Source of the DNA: Desulfomonilia bacterium
GTDB lineage: Bacteria; Desulfobacterota; Desulfomonilia; UBA1062
DNA: 64,000 nucleotides
NCBI GenBank assembly: GCA_049975365.1
Contig: JBNGDS010000002.1
Span: 5,461-69,460, forward strand
Reading direction: 5' to 3'
Each line of letters starts with the position of its first letter. Position 1 is the first letter of the stretch. Made by a program: the position numbers and the translations under genes. The notes under the pieces are model-generated. The model was given only the letters and a program-made list of their open reading frames with translations. It was not told the DNA's origin and did not search any database. Below, piece by piece: positions 36,970 to 47,071 of the stretch.

Positions 36970-38308
36970 CTATCCCGAGGCTCTTGATCTTTCTATGCAG
37001 ATTGCTTCGCTCGACCCCAATGATGTCCGCGGTCTTGGAAATATTCCTCCCGTTCTCCCTGAGCTTGCGTTCGATGAAGATCTTTTCAAACTCAGACCTG
37101 GCATCTTTCAGTTCCTGGATGGATATCAGGCGGTCAATCTCCGTACCCTGTCTGGTTCCCAGGGGCGGAATGTCGTCTGCTGTAATGGTGTCCCCGGGTG
37201 TCATGATCACCAGCCGCTCAATGATGTTCTTGAGTTCTCTCACATTACCCGGCCACTCATGCTGAATGAGCCGTTTGACCGCTCCTTCGGTGATGGTCTT
37301 GTTCTCTCCCTTCAGCGAAGAGAACCCCTTGATGAAGTGTTCCACAAGCTCAGGGATGTCCTCCTTGCGGTCGATCAGCCTCGGGACCTGAATGGGAATG
37401 ACATTGAGACGATAGTACAGATCCTGCCTGAATCTCCCCTCGTTGATTTCCTGCTCGAGATTTTTGTTCGTTGCAGTCAAAACCCGCACGTCCACCTGGA
37501 TGGTCTGGGACCCTCCCACCCGCTCGAACCGCTGTTCCTGGAGAATACGAAGGATCTTAGCCTGGGTTGAAAGACTCATGTCGCCGATCTCATCGAGAAA
37601 GAGGGTTCCCTTGTTGGCGAGGTCGAATTTCCCCCTCTTGCGTTCCGTCGCCCCGGTGAACGCGCCCTTCTCATGCCCGAAGAGTTCACTCTCGATGAGT
37701 TCTTCGGGGATGGCTGCACAATTTACTTCGATGAAGGGAAACTCACAGCGCATGCTGTTTTTATGGAGCCTGCGGGCAACGAGTTCCTTTCCAGTTCCAT
37801 TCTCGCCTAGGATGAGGATCCACGCATCCGTCGGGGCAGCCATGTCGATCTGCTCCTTGAGCTTCCTGATGGCAGGAGAGTTTCCAATGATCTCATCATC
37901 CTTTTCCGTCTTCATTCTCAGAAGCGCGTTCTCCGCTTCCAGGGCCTTGAGGTGAAGGGTATTGTTGATGGTGATGATGATCTTGTTCAGATCCAGGGGT
38001 TTCTCAATGAAATCCAGGGCCCCCAGCCTCGTGGCCCTGATGGCAGTATCGATGGATCCGTGGCCTGTCATGATGATCACGGGGAGCATGTACCCCAAAC
38101 CCTGGAGCTCCTCCAGAATCTGCAGCCCATCCTTTCCCGGCATCCAGATATCGAGGAGCATGAGATCGACATCCTGTTTTTCTATGATCTTCATGGCCTC
38201 TTCCCCGGTGGCAGCGAGAAGGGTTTGATACCCCTCGTCCTCAAGCCCCCCCTTGAGAGAAAACCTGATATTTTCCTCGTCATCCACAATAAGTATGGTG
38301 TGTTTCAT
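36959..38308 (-). CDS. Sigma-54-dependent response regulator (NtrC/NtrX family)
   Basis: 449 aa. REC (ILIVDDEENIR...D), AAA+ sigma-54 interaction (GENGTGKE, GAFTGA, ESELFGHEKG), C-terminal Fis HTH. Overlaps the downstream sensor kinase end, so operonic. Confidence 0.85.
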   Translation of the reverse strand: MKHTILIVDDEENIRFSLKGGLEDEGYQTLLAATGEEAMKIIEKQDVDLMLLDIWMPGKDGLQILEELQGLGYMLPVIIMTGHGSIDTAIRATRLGALDFIEKPLDLNKIIITINNTLHLKALEAENALLRMKTEKDDEIIGNSPAIRKLKEQIDMAAPTDAWILILGENGTGKELVARRLHKNSMRCEFPFIEVNCAAIPEELIESELFGHEKGAFTGATERKRGKFDLANKGTLFLDEIGDMSLSTQAKILRILQEQRFERVGGSQTIQVDVRVLTATNKNLEQEINEGRFRQDLYYRLNVIPIQVPRLIDRKEDIPELVEHFIKGFSSLKGENKTITEGAVKRLIQHEWPGNVRELKNIIERLVIMTPGDTITADDIPPLGTRQGTEIDRLISIQELKDARSEFEKIFIERKLRENGRNISKTADIIGVERSNLHRKIKSLGIDVE

Positions 38309-38311
38309 CCG

Positions 38312-40489
38312 CTACTCCTTCACGGGCAGTTCGATGGTGAATATGGTCCCAGTGGGTTCGTTGTCCCTGACCCGGATGAACCCGTTGTGATCCGTGATGA
38401 TCCTGTTGACGATGACCAGCCCCAGCCCAGTTCCGCCCTTCTTGGTTGAAAAATACGGCTCGAAGAGACGTTCCTTGACCTTTGGAGGGATACCCGGTCC
38501 AGTGTCCATGATTTCCAAGACCGCGATATGTACATCTGGATCGTATGAAGTCCTGATCGTGATCTTCTTCAGGGAGTTCCTGTTCTCAAGAACAGCGGTC
38601 GTAGCATTCTCCAGGAGATTCCCCACCGCCCTGCTCATCTGGGAGCTGTCGATTTCAACCTTGGGCAATGTTTCATCCACGTCTATGACATACTCTATCT
38701 CATGGTGGGCCTGCCGGTACAATGCCGCAGCATCGGAGACCACCTTGTTCAGGCTGTCAGGGACAGGCATTGACGTGGGCATCTTGGCAAATGCGGAAAA
38801 CTCATTCACGAGGCGCTTCATCTCATCCACTTCGTTGATGATCACCCGCGTGCACTCGTCAAAAATCTGGGCCTCGTCACCGAGCATGTCCAGGTATCTC
38901 CTCCTGAGTCTCTGGGCGGAGAGCTGGATGGGGGTCAGAGGATTCTTCACCTCGTGGGCGATACGCCGGGCAACCTCCCTCCATGCTGCCATACGCTGCA
39001 TCCGCTGAAGCTGGGTGAGGTCATCGAACACGATGACCATGCCCAGGTGTTCGTTCTTGTCATCGTACATCAGGGACGCTTGAGCCAGCAGGGTCATCTT
39101 CTTGCCCTGCACAGAGACAGTGAGCTGTCTCTGGGTTGACATGCCCTTGGAGTTCTTGAGAACCCCGATAAGGTCACTGACAAGGGGCTGGAGATCATCA
39201 CGGATCACCTGGGAATATGGTTTGCCCACAGAGGCATCCGAATCGATCGCCAGCATGGTCTGGGCAGACGGGTTGATCATGGAGATACAGTCATCCCGAG
39301 TGATGGAGATGACCCCGGTTGAGATATTATTGAGCACGGTCTCGATGTACCTGTTCCTGTATGCAAGCTCATTGTAGGCGCTCTCCAGGTGCTTCCTCGA
39401 CTCCGTCAAATCGTACACCATGGCATTGAAATCCTGGACCAGTATGCCCAGTTCGTCGGTTGACTGAACGTCGATGTAAAATCCAAGCTCGCCTCGAGAA
39501 ATCCTCTGGGTTCCTTCCACGAGCTTTTCGATCGGATTGATGAGCCCCTTTGAGATATTGAGGCCGAACCATACCGCGGAAAAGATGACCAGCAGGGTCA
39601 CCGAGGTGAGGATGATGATATAGTTCGTCTTGATTGGCCCCTTGAGCCTGAGACTCTGGATGTAGTCATTGAACGAGGACCTGATGATGCCCATCCGTCC
39701 TGAAAGGCTCTCCGGGATATAGTAGTCAGCCACCAGCACTCCCACGATATCCTTGGGATTGAACGAGGATTTGATGGGCACGATCCCCTCGATGATATCG
39801 GCCTTTCCGGTGCGTACCACGATGGGCATTGTCTTCCCGGCCATTGCTGCCTGGACCAGACTTGATTCAGGACTCGGCATGCTCTTCATCTCGATGTCCG
39901 GAGAAACGATTTTTACGAGTTCCTCCCCCTGGGATGAGAACACCACGACCGCCGAGAGGCGGAACAACATCATCTTTTCTTCCAGGAGTGATCTCAGAAT
40001 ATTGAGGTTTCCCTCTTTCAGAAGCCTCCGCTCCGTGATCTCCTTGGATATGGAACTCGCATAGTGAATGGCGTCCGCTGAGGCCTCCTTGTAGTAGATG
40101 TTCGCCACGTTCATTGACTCTTCAAGTGCGTTTTCCACCTCGGAGGAGAGCCAGCCCTCCATGCTCCGGTTGAGGAACACGATGCTGGTGAAGAACAGCA
40201 CCATGGTGGGAATGATGGTCAGTGTTACAAAGGCTGCAACCAGTTTTGTCCGCAACTTTGTTCCCAGAACACCCCTCTTGCGTTCCAGGAGCAGCTTCGC
40301 AATATTCCTCGTGACAAGGAATATGACGAGGATCAGCAACACCACGTTCAGGCTGATAAGGGTAAAGATCAGGACATTGCTGGATGGGCCCACATCGATG
40401 CTGCTGATGTTGGTCCTGGCAATGCTGAGCAGCACCAGAATGCCCAGGATCACCGATATGATGATAATCTCCCTGACTTTTTTGGACAT
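38312..40489 (-). CDS. Sensor histidine kinase, NtrY-like (TM-HAMP-PAS-HisKA-HATPase)
   Basis: About 725 aa. N-terminal TMs, HAMP, PAS, HisKA (AHEVKNPLTPIQLSAQRL), HATPase_c (DTGPGIP...GGTGLGL). Cognate to the NtrC-like regulator downstream. Start chosen at MSKKVREII (40489). Confidence 0.75.
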   Translation of the reverse strand: MSKKVREIIIISVILGILVLLSIARTNISSIDVGPSSNVLIFTLISLNVVLLILVIFLVTRNIAKLLLERKRGVLGTKLRTKLVAAFVTLTIIPTMVLFFTSIVFLNRSMEGWLSSEVENALEESMNVANIYYKEASADAIHYASSISKEITERRLLKEGNLNILRSLLEEKMMLFRLSAVVVFSSQGEELVKIVSPDIEMKSMPSPESSLVQAAMAGKTMPIVVRTGKADIIEGIVPIKSSFNPKDIVGVLVADYYIPESLSGRMGIIRSSFNDYIQSLRLKGPIKTNYIIILTSVTLLVIFSAVWFGLNISKGLINPIEKLVEGTQRISRGELGFYIDVQSTDELGILVQDFNAMVYDLTESRKHLESAYNELAYRNRYIETVLNNISTGVISITRDDCISMINPSAQTMLAIDSDASVGKPYSQVIRDDLQPLVSDLIGVLKNSKGMSTQRQLTVSVQGKKMTLLAQASLMYDDKNEHLGMVIVFDDLTQLQRMQRMAAWREVARRIAHEVKNPLTPIQLSAQRLRRRYLDMLGDEAQIFDECTRVIINEVDEMKRLVNEFSAFAKMPTSMPVPDSLNKVVSDAAALYRQAHHEIEYVIDVDETLPKVEIDSSQMSRAVGNLLENATTAVLENRNSLKKITIRTSYDPDVHIAVLEIMDTGPGIPPKVKERLFEPYFSTKKGGTGLGLVIVNRIITDHNGFIRVRDNEPTGTIFTIELPVKE

Positions 40490-40499
40490 GTTGATTCTC

Positions 40500-41312
40500 C
40501 TATGAACCGGACAGATCCGCCTCGAGGATCTTCCTGGCGAGCCCGATGTGCAGGCTGTGATTCGCCCTGTAGGCGTGGATAGACGCCGTGACCGGTCTTC
40601 CGAGGATCCACAGGTCTCCCAGAAGATCAAGGATCTTGTGTCTCACAAATTCGTCCGGAAACCTCAGCCCCTCCGGGTTGAGGACACTCTGCTCGTCCAC
40701 GACTACTGCATTGTGAAGACCTCCACCCAGGGCATACCCCATGGAACGCATTTTCTCGACATCCTGCATTCTTCCGAAGGTTCGTGCCGGGGCTATGTTC
40801 GCTGCGAAGTCATCACCATCATACGTGTATCGCTGGTAGCCGATGGACGGCTCGGGGAAATCAATTTCATAGGTGATGCCGAATGGTCCGGCGGATGCCT
40901 CGATCCAGCTCACCCCCGATTCCACCCGAACGGGCGAACGGACCACGATCGGACGGAGCTCACCTTCGATCTCTACTGTCCCAGCCTCCTGGATCAGCCG
41001 GTATACCGGGAGAGCCGATCCATCTTCTGCAGGGATCTCATTGCCGTCTATCTCTATCTCACAGTCGGTTATTCCCGCACCGAAAAGGCATGCCATAAGG
41101 TGCTCCACCGTTGATATTCGTGCCCCGGCAACACCAAGAGTCGTATTCAGCGTCGTGTCCAGCACATGATCAAGCACGGCAGGGATCCTGATCCCCTGCC
41201 GGGAAAAGACGATCCCCTCGCCTCCCGGCATGAGGGTGAGCGTGCTGGGGCTGCCGCCATGGAGCCCGATTCCCATGATCCGAAGTGCACGAGCGATGGT
41301 TTTCCTTTCCAT
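40500..41312 (-). CDS. lpxC: UDP-3-O-acyl-N-acetylglucosamine deacetylase LpxC
   Basis: TLTLMPGG..., ISTVEHLMA, GRMQDVEKMRSMGYALGGGLHNAVVV, EFVRHKILDLLGDL, which are LpxC signature segments. Start chosen at MERKTIARAL (41312); the longest ORF extends to 41510. Confidence 0.85.
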   Translation of the reverse strand: MERKTIARALRIMGIGLHGGSPSTLTLMPGGEGIVFSRQGIRIPAVLDHVLDTTLNTTLGVAGARISTVEHLMACLFGAGITDCEIEIDGNEIPAEDGSALPVYRLIQEAGTVEIEGELRPIVVRSPVRVESGVSWIEASAGPFGITYEIDFPEPSIGYQRYTYDGDDFAANIAPARTFGRMQDVEKMRSMGYALGGGLHNAVVVDEQSVLNPEGLRFPDEFVRHKILDLLGDLWILGRPVTASIHAYRANHSLHIGLARKILEADLSGS

Positions 41313-41563
41313 GCTGCCAATTAGATTATGTAACCCGGGTATATTAGTCAAATGGTATTGCATCCTGTTCATCACCGGCACGTGGCCGGCTTCTTTGATC
41401 ATGCGTTCACGGGAACCCCATTGGGGTGATACACCACCTGTCCATGAAGTCAAGACGGATCCGGTGAACTGCCGGCAGGCCGTTTCTGACATCCCGGAAC
41501 ACCATCCCACATCCCTGCTTCTCGATTTGACACCCCAGGGAAAACAGCTTATAAAAGCAGACT

Positions 41564-41881
41564 ATGTTCGGCATAGGCGGTCAGGAACTCATTCTCATTC
41601 TGTTGATTGCACTGATCGTACTCGGCCCGAAGAAACTGCCCGATATCGCCAAGACCCTGGGGAAGGCACTCGGTGAATTCCAGCGTGCCTCCAATGACCT
41701 CAGAAAAGAATTCGATCAGATGTCGGACACCCCTCACCCCTCGCATTCACCACGGTATCCAGAAAAAACACCTGAACAGAGCACCACGGAAGACGCATCT
41801 TCCCACGACGAGGAAGACTCGCGAGAAACCTCTCCTGAAAAGCCGCATCAGTACAATCCAGACGAGATAGAGGGTTCCTGA
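41564..41881 (+). CDS. tatA: Twin-arginine translocase subunit TatA/TatB
   Basis: MFGIGGQELILILLIALIVLGPKKLPDIAKTLGKALGEFQ, a classic TatA/E N-terminus. 105 aa with an acidic tail. Confidence 0.75.
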   Translation: MFGIGGQELILILLIALIVLGPKKLPDIAKTLGKALGEFQRASNDLRKEFDQMSDTPHPSHSPRYPEKTPEQSTTEDASSHDEEDSRETSPEKPHQYNPDEIEGS

Positions 41882-41882
41882 G

Positions 41883-42665
41883 GTGGAAGAAGAAAAGCTC
41901 CCGATAACCTCTCACCTCGAAGAGATGAGGTGGCGTCTCATCAAGTGCGTGATCGCCGTCGGGGTCGGGTTTCTTGCTTCCTATGCCTTCTCGAAACAGA
42001 TCTTTGACTTTCTCGTCTCCCCGCTGGTCAAGGTCATGCCACCCGATGGCCAGCTCATCTACACCTCTCTGCCCGAGGCCTTCCTGACCTACCTGAAGGT
42101 ATCATTCTTTGCAGGCCTCGTCCTCGCAACCCCGGTAATCATTTACCAGATCTGGAAGTTCGTGATGCCGGGTCTCTATGAGAACGAGCGCCGGTATGTT
42201 GCACCCTTTGTGGTGGTGGCCACCATCTTCTTCCTCATCGGCGCGTCATTTGCCTTCTACGTGGTGTTCCCACTGGGGTTCCAGTTTTTCCTGGGGTTTT
42301 CCACGGATCGCATCTCGGCCCTGCCATCCATGAGGGAGTATCTCGGGTTTGCCATGAGGCTCCTGCTCGCATTTGGCATCACCTTCGAACTTCCGGTGGT
42401 GATGTTCTTCCTGGCGAAAATGGGGCTGGTACATCCGTCCACGTTGAGGCGACAGAGGAAATATGCACTTCTCGTCGTCGCACTCGGCGCAGCCATTCTC
42501 ACTCCCCCTGATGTGCTCAGCATGATCCTCCTTGGCATACCGCTTTTCTGTCTCTATGAAATCAGCATCTGGGTGACCCACTTTGTCAGAAAAAAAGAGT
42601 CGATGGAGACCGCTGATGTCGAAGCCGAGGCATCGGATCCCGAGTCGAAAAATCAGGCTGGATAG
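41883..42665 (+). CDS. tatC: Twin-arginine translocase subunit TatC
   Basis: 260 aa with 6 TM helices. N-terminus LPITSHLEEMRWRLIKCVIAV is TatC-like. Confidence 0.85.
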   Translation: MEEEKLPITSHLEEMRWRLIKCVIAVGVGFLASYAFSKQIFDFLVSPLVKVMPPDGQLIYTSLPEAFLTYLKVSFFAGLVLATPVIIYQIWKFVMPGLYENERRYVAPFVVVATIFFLIGASFAFYVVFPLGFQFFLGFSTDRISALPSMREYLGFAMRLLLAFGITFELPVVMFFLAKMGLVHPSTLRRQRKYALLVVALGAAILTPPDVLSMILLGIPLFCLYEISIWVTHFVRKKESMETADVEAEASDPESKNQAG

Positions 42666-42758
42666 ACGAACAGGCGGGAATGTGTACGGTGGATATGGAG
42701 AAACCATCGTGGACACGGAACCGCTCTATTCAAGCTCCGGAACGAACACACCCCTTGA

Positions 42759-43472
42759 CTATGACTCGAGGAATCCTTCCTGACGCGCCATATCATCCAG
42801 TACAAGGGTAAGGACATCTTCGGTCTCGGCATCACGCACTGGCCTGACCCTGGTATCGACGATCTTGATGTAGTGCGTACACTCCGCGCAATAGTAGACG
42901 CGAACCCCGCTGAGCTCCTCTGATTCGAAATACCCCAGAGTGGTATGATCCCTGTTCCCACAGACGGTGCACCTGATTCGGGGGAATGACCACTGGCAGG
43001 AACACAGCGGGCAGATCAGGATCCTCGACGAATCCGTATCGAACCCGATCCTCGGGAAGGTGTGGCAGAACGGGCAGCTTCCGTCACCGGTTTCGCTGTC
43101 GATGAGAGACTCATTCACCTCCCTGAGCAGCCTGAAGTAGGTTGTGATGACGGCACGAAGGAGTACCTGGAGAGCATTCCTGTATTCGAGGGAGACCCCG
43201 GGCATGTCGTGGTCACTGTTCGAGGATTCCAGGAGCTGGTGAAAGTCAACAGGGGGGTGCTCCGGGATGATCTCCTCCCAGACCTCTCTGCAGATTTCGG
43301 CAAGGGGCTCCACCGGGATGCAGGAACTCGTGCTCTCTGCCTTCAGGGGGACAGCGAGATGCGGGATATGCAGCCTGTCCATGTGTTCTGTAACCCGTTG
43401 CCAGATGGCGCGGGCCTGCTGTATGGACTCAGCATCATCGGGAAAGTTCTGGAGAATGAGCTCCCATTCCAT
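42759..43472 (-). CDS. FdhE-like zinc-ribbon protein
   Basis: 237 aa. Four CxxC pairs (CPFCHT...CPLCSC...CTVCGN...CAECTH) arranged like the FdhE C-terminal rubredoxin-like domain. No formate dehydrogenase genes are in the window. Confidence 0.5.
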   Translation of the reverse strand: MEWELILQNFPDDAESIQQARAIWQRVTEHMDRLHIPHLAVPLKAESTSSCIPVEPLAEICREVWEEIIPEHPPVDFHQLLESSNSDHDMPGVSLEYRNALQVLLRAVITTYFRLLREVNESLIDSETGDGSCPFCHTFPRIGFDTDSSRILICPLCSCQWSFPRIRCTVCGNRDHTTLGYFESEELSGVRVYYCAECTHYIKIVDTRVRPVRDAETEDVLTLVLDDMARQEGFLES

Positions 43473-43595
43473 GTGGGGGAACCATAAGAGATGTTTGAGG
43501 GCGTGTCAAGCGCATTGGGAGTGCCCTGAAGAACGGACTGCGCCGTTCATGTTCCCGTGTCATTCTGGACCATGTCGGAATGAGCATCCCTCTGC

Positions 43596-44522
43596 TTGCC
43601 TGCCAGGAAAATTGATTGTATGGATGAAACCATTATGTCAGGTCTGTATATCCCGGTCCACAGATACCATCGACACCTGGTGTGGTGCGTGAAACTCATC
43701 CTGTTCTCATGCATCACTCTCTGTTCTCTGCATGCTGGAGCCCTGTCTTGTGGTGCTTCCGGTCCGGAGAGGATCATCTCCCTTGCCCCATCCCTGACGA
43801 GGGAGCTCTATGACCTCGGCGCAGAGGAGGCCATTGTGGGGGTAACACACTATCGCCCTGAGGACGCAGCGTCGAAGGAGGTCGTCGGGAGCCTGACAAA
43901 ACTCAATATTGAAAGAATCCTGGCCTTGCAGCCGGATCTCGTGCTGGCCAGCAAGGACTGCAACCGGATTACAGACATAGAGCGCCTTACCAGGCTGGGG
44001 CTTCAGGTTTCTGTATTCCAGGGGTGCGAGTCCTTTTCATGCATGTGCGCAGAGTTCATCCGGCTGGGAGAACTTGTCGGGAAACGAGACATTGCTGAAG
44101 TCACGGTCAGAGAGCTCAATGCAGAGCTCTCGGGAATTCAATCCTCTATCAAGGAGAACCCTTCTCTCAAGGTATTCTGGCAGATCGGGGCAGATCCACT
44201 TATTACAGCGAACGACGAAACATTCTCCGGTGAGTTCATACGACGTGCGGAGTGCATAAATATCTTCGGGGATCTGAACGTCCGGTACCCGCGTGTGCAT
44301 AGAGAGGAAGTGATCAGGAGAAACCCTGATGTCATCATCATCGTGACCCACATGAGCACCCAGGAGAGCGCATCCATCTGGCAAGACATGGAAACCGTAA
44401 CCGCAGTCCGAAACAAGAGAGTTCATACACTTCCGGCCGACTTGGTGTGCCAGCCAACGCCGGTCTCCTTCGTTGAGGCATACAGGGCCGTCCTGGCCAT
44501 TCTTCATCCTGGTCTACCATGA
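43596..44522 (+). CDS. ABC transporter periplasmic substrate-binding protein (cobalamin/iron-siderophore type, BtuF/FecB-like); start may lie at 43620-43635
   Basis: Signal peptide, then RIISLAPSLTRELYDLGAEEAIVGVT...LQPDLVLAS, the class III SBP fold pattern. Confidence 0.75.
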   Translation: MPARKIDCMDETIMSGLYIPVHRYHRHLVWCVKLILFSCITLCSLHAGALSCGASGPERIISLAPSLTRELYDLGAEEAIVGVTHYRPEDAASKEVVGSLTKLNIERILALQPDLVLASKDCNRITDIERLTRLGLQVSVFQGCESFSCMCAEFIRLGELVGKRDIAEVTVRELNAELSGIQSSIKENPSLKVFWQIGADPLITANDETFSGEFIRRAECINIFGDLNVRYPRVHREEVIRRNPDVIIIVTHMSTQESASIWQDMETVTAVRNKRVHTLPADLVCQPTPVSFVEAYRAVLAILHPGLP

Positions 44523-45505
44523 AACACCCCGTGATCTTTTTCCTCCTGGTTCTCCTCCTGGCCTCAAGCATGGCCCTGGCCCTCCTGACCGGTGGAACTC
44601 CGATTCCCCCTGAGAGCATAGCGAGGGCTCTCTTTCACCCACGTCCCGGTGATGTCACCACCACACTGGTATGGGATCTTCGTCTGCCCAGAATCGTGAT
44701 TGCCTGTGTCGTGGGGGCAGCCCTGGCCCAGAGTGGAGTGATCTTTCAGGCAATACTCAGAAACCCTCTCGCCGAGCCGTATACTCTGGGGGTATCCGCA
44801 GGAGGCGCACTGGGTGCAACGATTGCGATCATTCTTGGAATTGCAGGATTTCCCATGGTTCTCATCTGTTTTGCCGGGGCCATGGTGAGCATTTCGATCG
44901 TTCTGGGAATCGCGTCACTCAGGCAATTTTCCAGCACCATGCTGATCTTGAGCGGCGTGGTCCTGAGCTTTCTGCTGTCTTCCCTGGTCATGTTCATCTT
45001 CTCTGTTGCAAGCTCGCGAGACGTGCACTCCTCCATCATGTGGCTCATGGGTGATCTCAGTTCCCCCCACTCAGGTTCCCTTCGGATCATGGCGTTCATG
45101 GTACTCCCCTTGATGGCTGTTCTCGTCTTCACCGGCAGGGACCTGAATCTTCTCTCCCTGGGTGACGAAAAGACCTATCACCTCGGGGGAAATGCCCTGC
45201 AGATGAAAGGGATTCTCCTGGTGATCTCCTCTCTGATAACCGGGGGCTGTGTTGCCGTGACGGGGATAATCGGATTTGTTGGTCTCCTCGTTCCACACCT
45301 CATGAGGAAAATCACAGGCGCCGACCACAGGCTGCTCATCCCCTCATCAATGCTTGCAGGGAGCTGTTTCCTGATCCTGTGCGACACGTTCTCCCAATTC
45401 ATATTCAGGCCTGTCGAACTCCCGGTGGGGGTCATCACAGGGATGATCGGGGGGATGTTCTTTCTTTTCTACATCGCTTTCATTAGACCGCCGGAGGTCG
45501 GGTGA
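44519..45505 (+). CDS. FecCD-family ABC transporter permease
   Basis: 328 aa, about 9 TM helices, LDLRLPRIV...GAALAQSGVIFQAILRNPLAEPYTLGVSAG. Confidence 0.85.
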   Translation: MKHPVIFFLLVLLLASSMALALLTGGTPIPPESIARALFHPRPGDVTTTLVWDLRLPRIVIACVVGAALAQSGVIFQAILRNPLAEPYTLGVSAGGALGATIAIILGIAGFPMVLICFAGAMVSISIVLGIASLRQFSSTMLILSGVVLSFLLSSLVMFIFSVASSRDVHSSIMWLMGDLSSPHSGSLRIMAFMVLPLMAVLVFTGRDLNLLSLGDEKTYHLGGNALQMKGILLVISSLITGGCVAVTGIIGFVGLLVPHLMRKITGADHRLLIPSSMLAGSCFLILCDTFSQFIFRPVELPVGVITGMIGGMFFLFYIAFIRPPEVG

Positions 45506-45506
45506 G

Positions 45507-46304
45507 ATGATGCATCTCCATGTTCAAAACCTGACAGCGGGATACGGCAAGATCCCCGTTCTGCAGGATATTACCCTGGATATTCCACGAACATGCCTCT
45601 ACGGGGTCATCGGTCCGAACGGTGCCGGGAAAACAACGCTTTTCAAGTGCTTGAGCGGTACCCTGAGACCATGGAAAGGCTCAGTCCTGTACAACGGTGA
45701 GGATATCAGGACACTCCCGAGAAGGAGGTTGGCGCAGAAGGCCGCCTATATTCCTCAGTTCCAGTGGGTTCCCTTCCCATATACCGTGGAAGAATTCGTC
45801 CTCATGGGACGGTATCCCCACAGGGGAAGATTTTCTCCTATTGGGAAAAACGACGTGGAAATCCTTGAAGAAACTCTCACCACGCTGGAAATTTCCAGAT
45901 ATAGGAAACGGAGCCTCCACACCCTCTCGGGGGGTGAACTGCAGAGGGTCTTCCTGGCACAGGGCCTGACCCAGAGACCGGAGCTCCTCCTCATGGACGA
46001 ACCCACATCACACCTCGACCTCGGTCACCAGGTGCACCTGCTCGATATGCTCAAGAGCCTCAGGGACACCCAGGGGCTTACTATCGTGCTGATTCTTCAC
46101 GATCTCAATATCGCGAGTGTGTACTGTGACGCAGTGGCCCTCATGAGTTCCGGAGGGGTGTATGCCCAGGGCACGCCGGACGATGTGATTACCGGGGACA
46201 TCCTGGAACAGGTCTACAAGACGCGTGTCCTCGTGGGAACGGATCCCCTGGGGTCACGTCCGCACATTTTTCTCATCCCCGGTGACCAGTGGAGACAACA
46301 CTAG
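45507..46304 (+). CDS. ABC transporter ATP-binding protein (FecE/BtuD-like)
   Basis: Walker A GPNGAGKTT, signature LSGGELQRV, Walker B LLLMDEPTSHLD. Confidence 0.85.
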   Translation: MMHLHVQNLTAGYGKIPVLQDITLDIPRTCLYGVIGPNGAGKTTLFKCLSGTLRPWKGSVLYNGEDIRTLPRRRLAQKAAYIPQFQWVPFPYTVEEFVLMGRYPHRGRFSPIGKNDVEILEETLTTLEISRYRKRSLHTLSGGELQRVFLAQGLTQRPELLLMDEPTSHLDLGHQVHLLDMLKSLRDTQGLTIVLILHDLNIASVYCDAVALMSSGGVYAQGTPDDVITGDILEQVYKTRVLVGTDPLGSRPHIFLIPGDQWRQH

Positions 46305-46340
46305 CCTCGATGTGCCCGGATATGCTGGTTCCCGTGACAT

Positions 46341-46368
46341 CCCGGAAAGAGGGTGGTGTTCTCCGGGG
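46341..46368. terminator. Candidate bidirectional intrinsic terminator hairpin between the convergent ABC ATPase and greA genes
   Basis: CCCGGA-aagagggtggtgttc-TCCGGG stem-loop. No strong U-tract. Confidence 0.3.
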
Positions 46369-46382
46369 CTGGTGACAGATCG

Positions 46383-46853
46383 TCAGGTGAGAATTTCCAG
46401 GATTTCGTATTCCCTCTTGCCATTGGGTGTATCAACGATCACCTCGTCATCGAGCTTCTTCCCGATCAGTGCCCTCCCCATGGGAGACTCTATCGAGATC
46501 TTCCCCTGGTCGATATCGGACTCGTCCACCCCGACGATCTGGTACGTGATCTCTTCATCGGTATCCAGGTTGCATAAAACAAATTTCGAACCGAACACGA
46601 TGCGGTCACGAGGAAGGTTCGAGGTGTCGATGATTTCAGAGGTTCCGAGCTTATTCTCGATCTCCTGAATCCGTGACTCGACAAAGGCCTGACGCTCCTT
46701 CGCATAGATGAACTCGGCATTTTCGGAAAGATCGCCGTGCCCGCGTGCTTCTTCGATCGCAGCGATAATCTTCGGGCGTTCGTGTTTCTTGAGTCTCTCC
46801 AACTCGTCCCTGAGAGACGCATAGCCGTCTTTCGTGATAGGATTTCTCTTCAT
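46383..46853 (-). CDS. greA: Transcription elongation factor GreA
   Basis: 156 aa. N-terminal coiled-coil with DLSENAEFIYAKERQ, C-terminal FKBP-like domain. Confidence 0.9.
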   Translation of the reverse strand: MKRNPITKDGYASLRDELERLKKHERPKIIAAIEEARGHGDLSENAEFIYAKERQAFVESRIQEIENKLGTSEIIDTSNLPRDRIVFGSKFVLCNLDTDEEITYQIVGVDESDIDQGKISIESPMGRALIGKKLDDEVIVDTPNGKREYEILEILT

Positions 46854-47041
46854 GGCATGTCCCTGAAAAAAAGAAAAAATACCGGTAGCGCACTACCAGT
46901 ATCGATCTGTACTGTATCCTGATGCTCCCTGATTGTCAAGACTGGATTGGGATGGGGAAGGGATACCAGGGTTTTTTCCGGCAGGTACCAGGGAATGAGA
47001 GGACTCGTCTCCAGGGAGAAAGATCGCACCGATGCTTTTCA

Positions 47042-47071
47042 TTGACTCGAGAAATTCTTCTCTAGTATACT
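47042..47071 (+). promoter_or_regulatory. Sigma-70-type promoter candidate for rplY (TTGACT-N18-TATACT)
   Basis: Seen about 30 nt upstream of the GGAGG SD of rplY. Confidence 0.4.

Noticed and set aside
43473-43595. Cobalamin riboswitch upstream of the btuF-like SBP gene
   Set aside because: No B12-box (…AGYCMGGAGACCKGCC…) or conserved GGUGCC/GAAGG core is recognisable by eye. It would need an Infernal scan to be sure.
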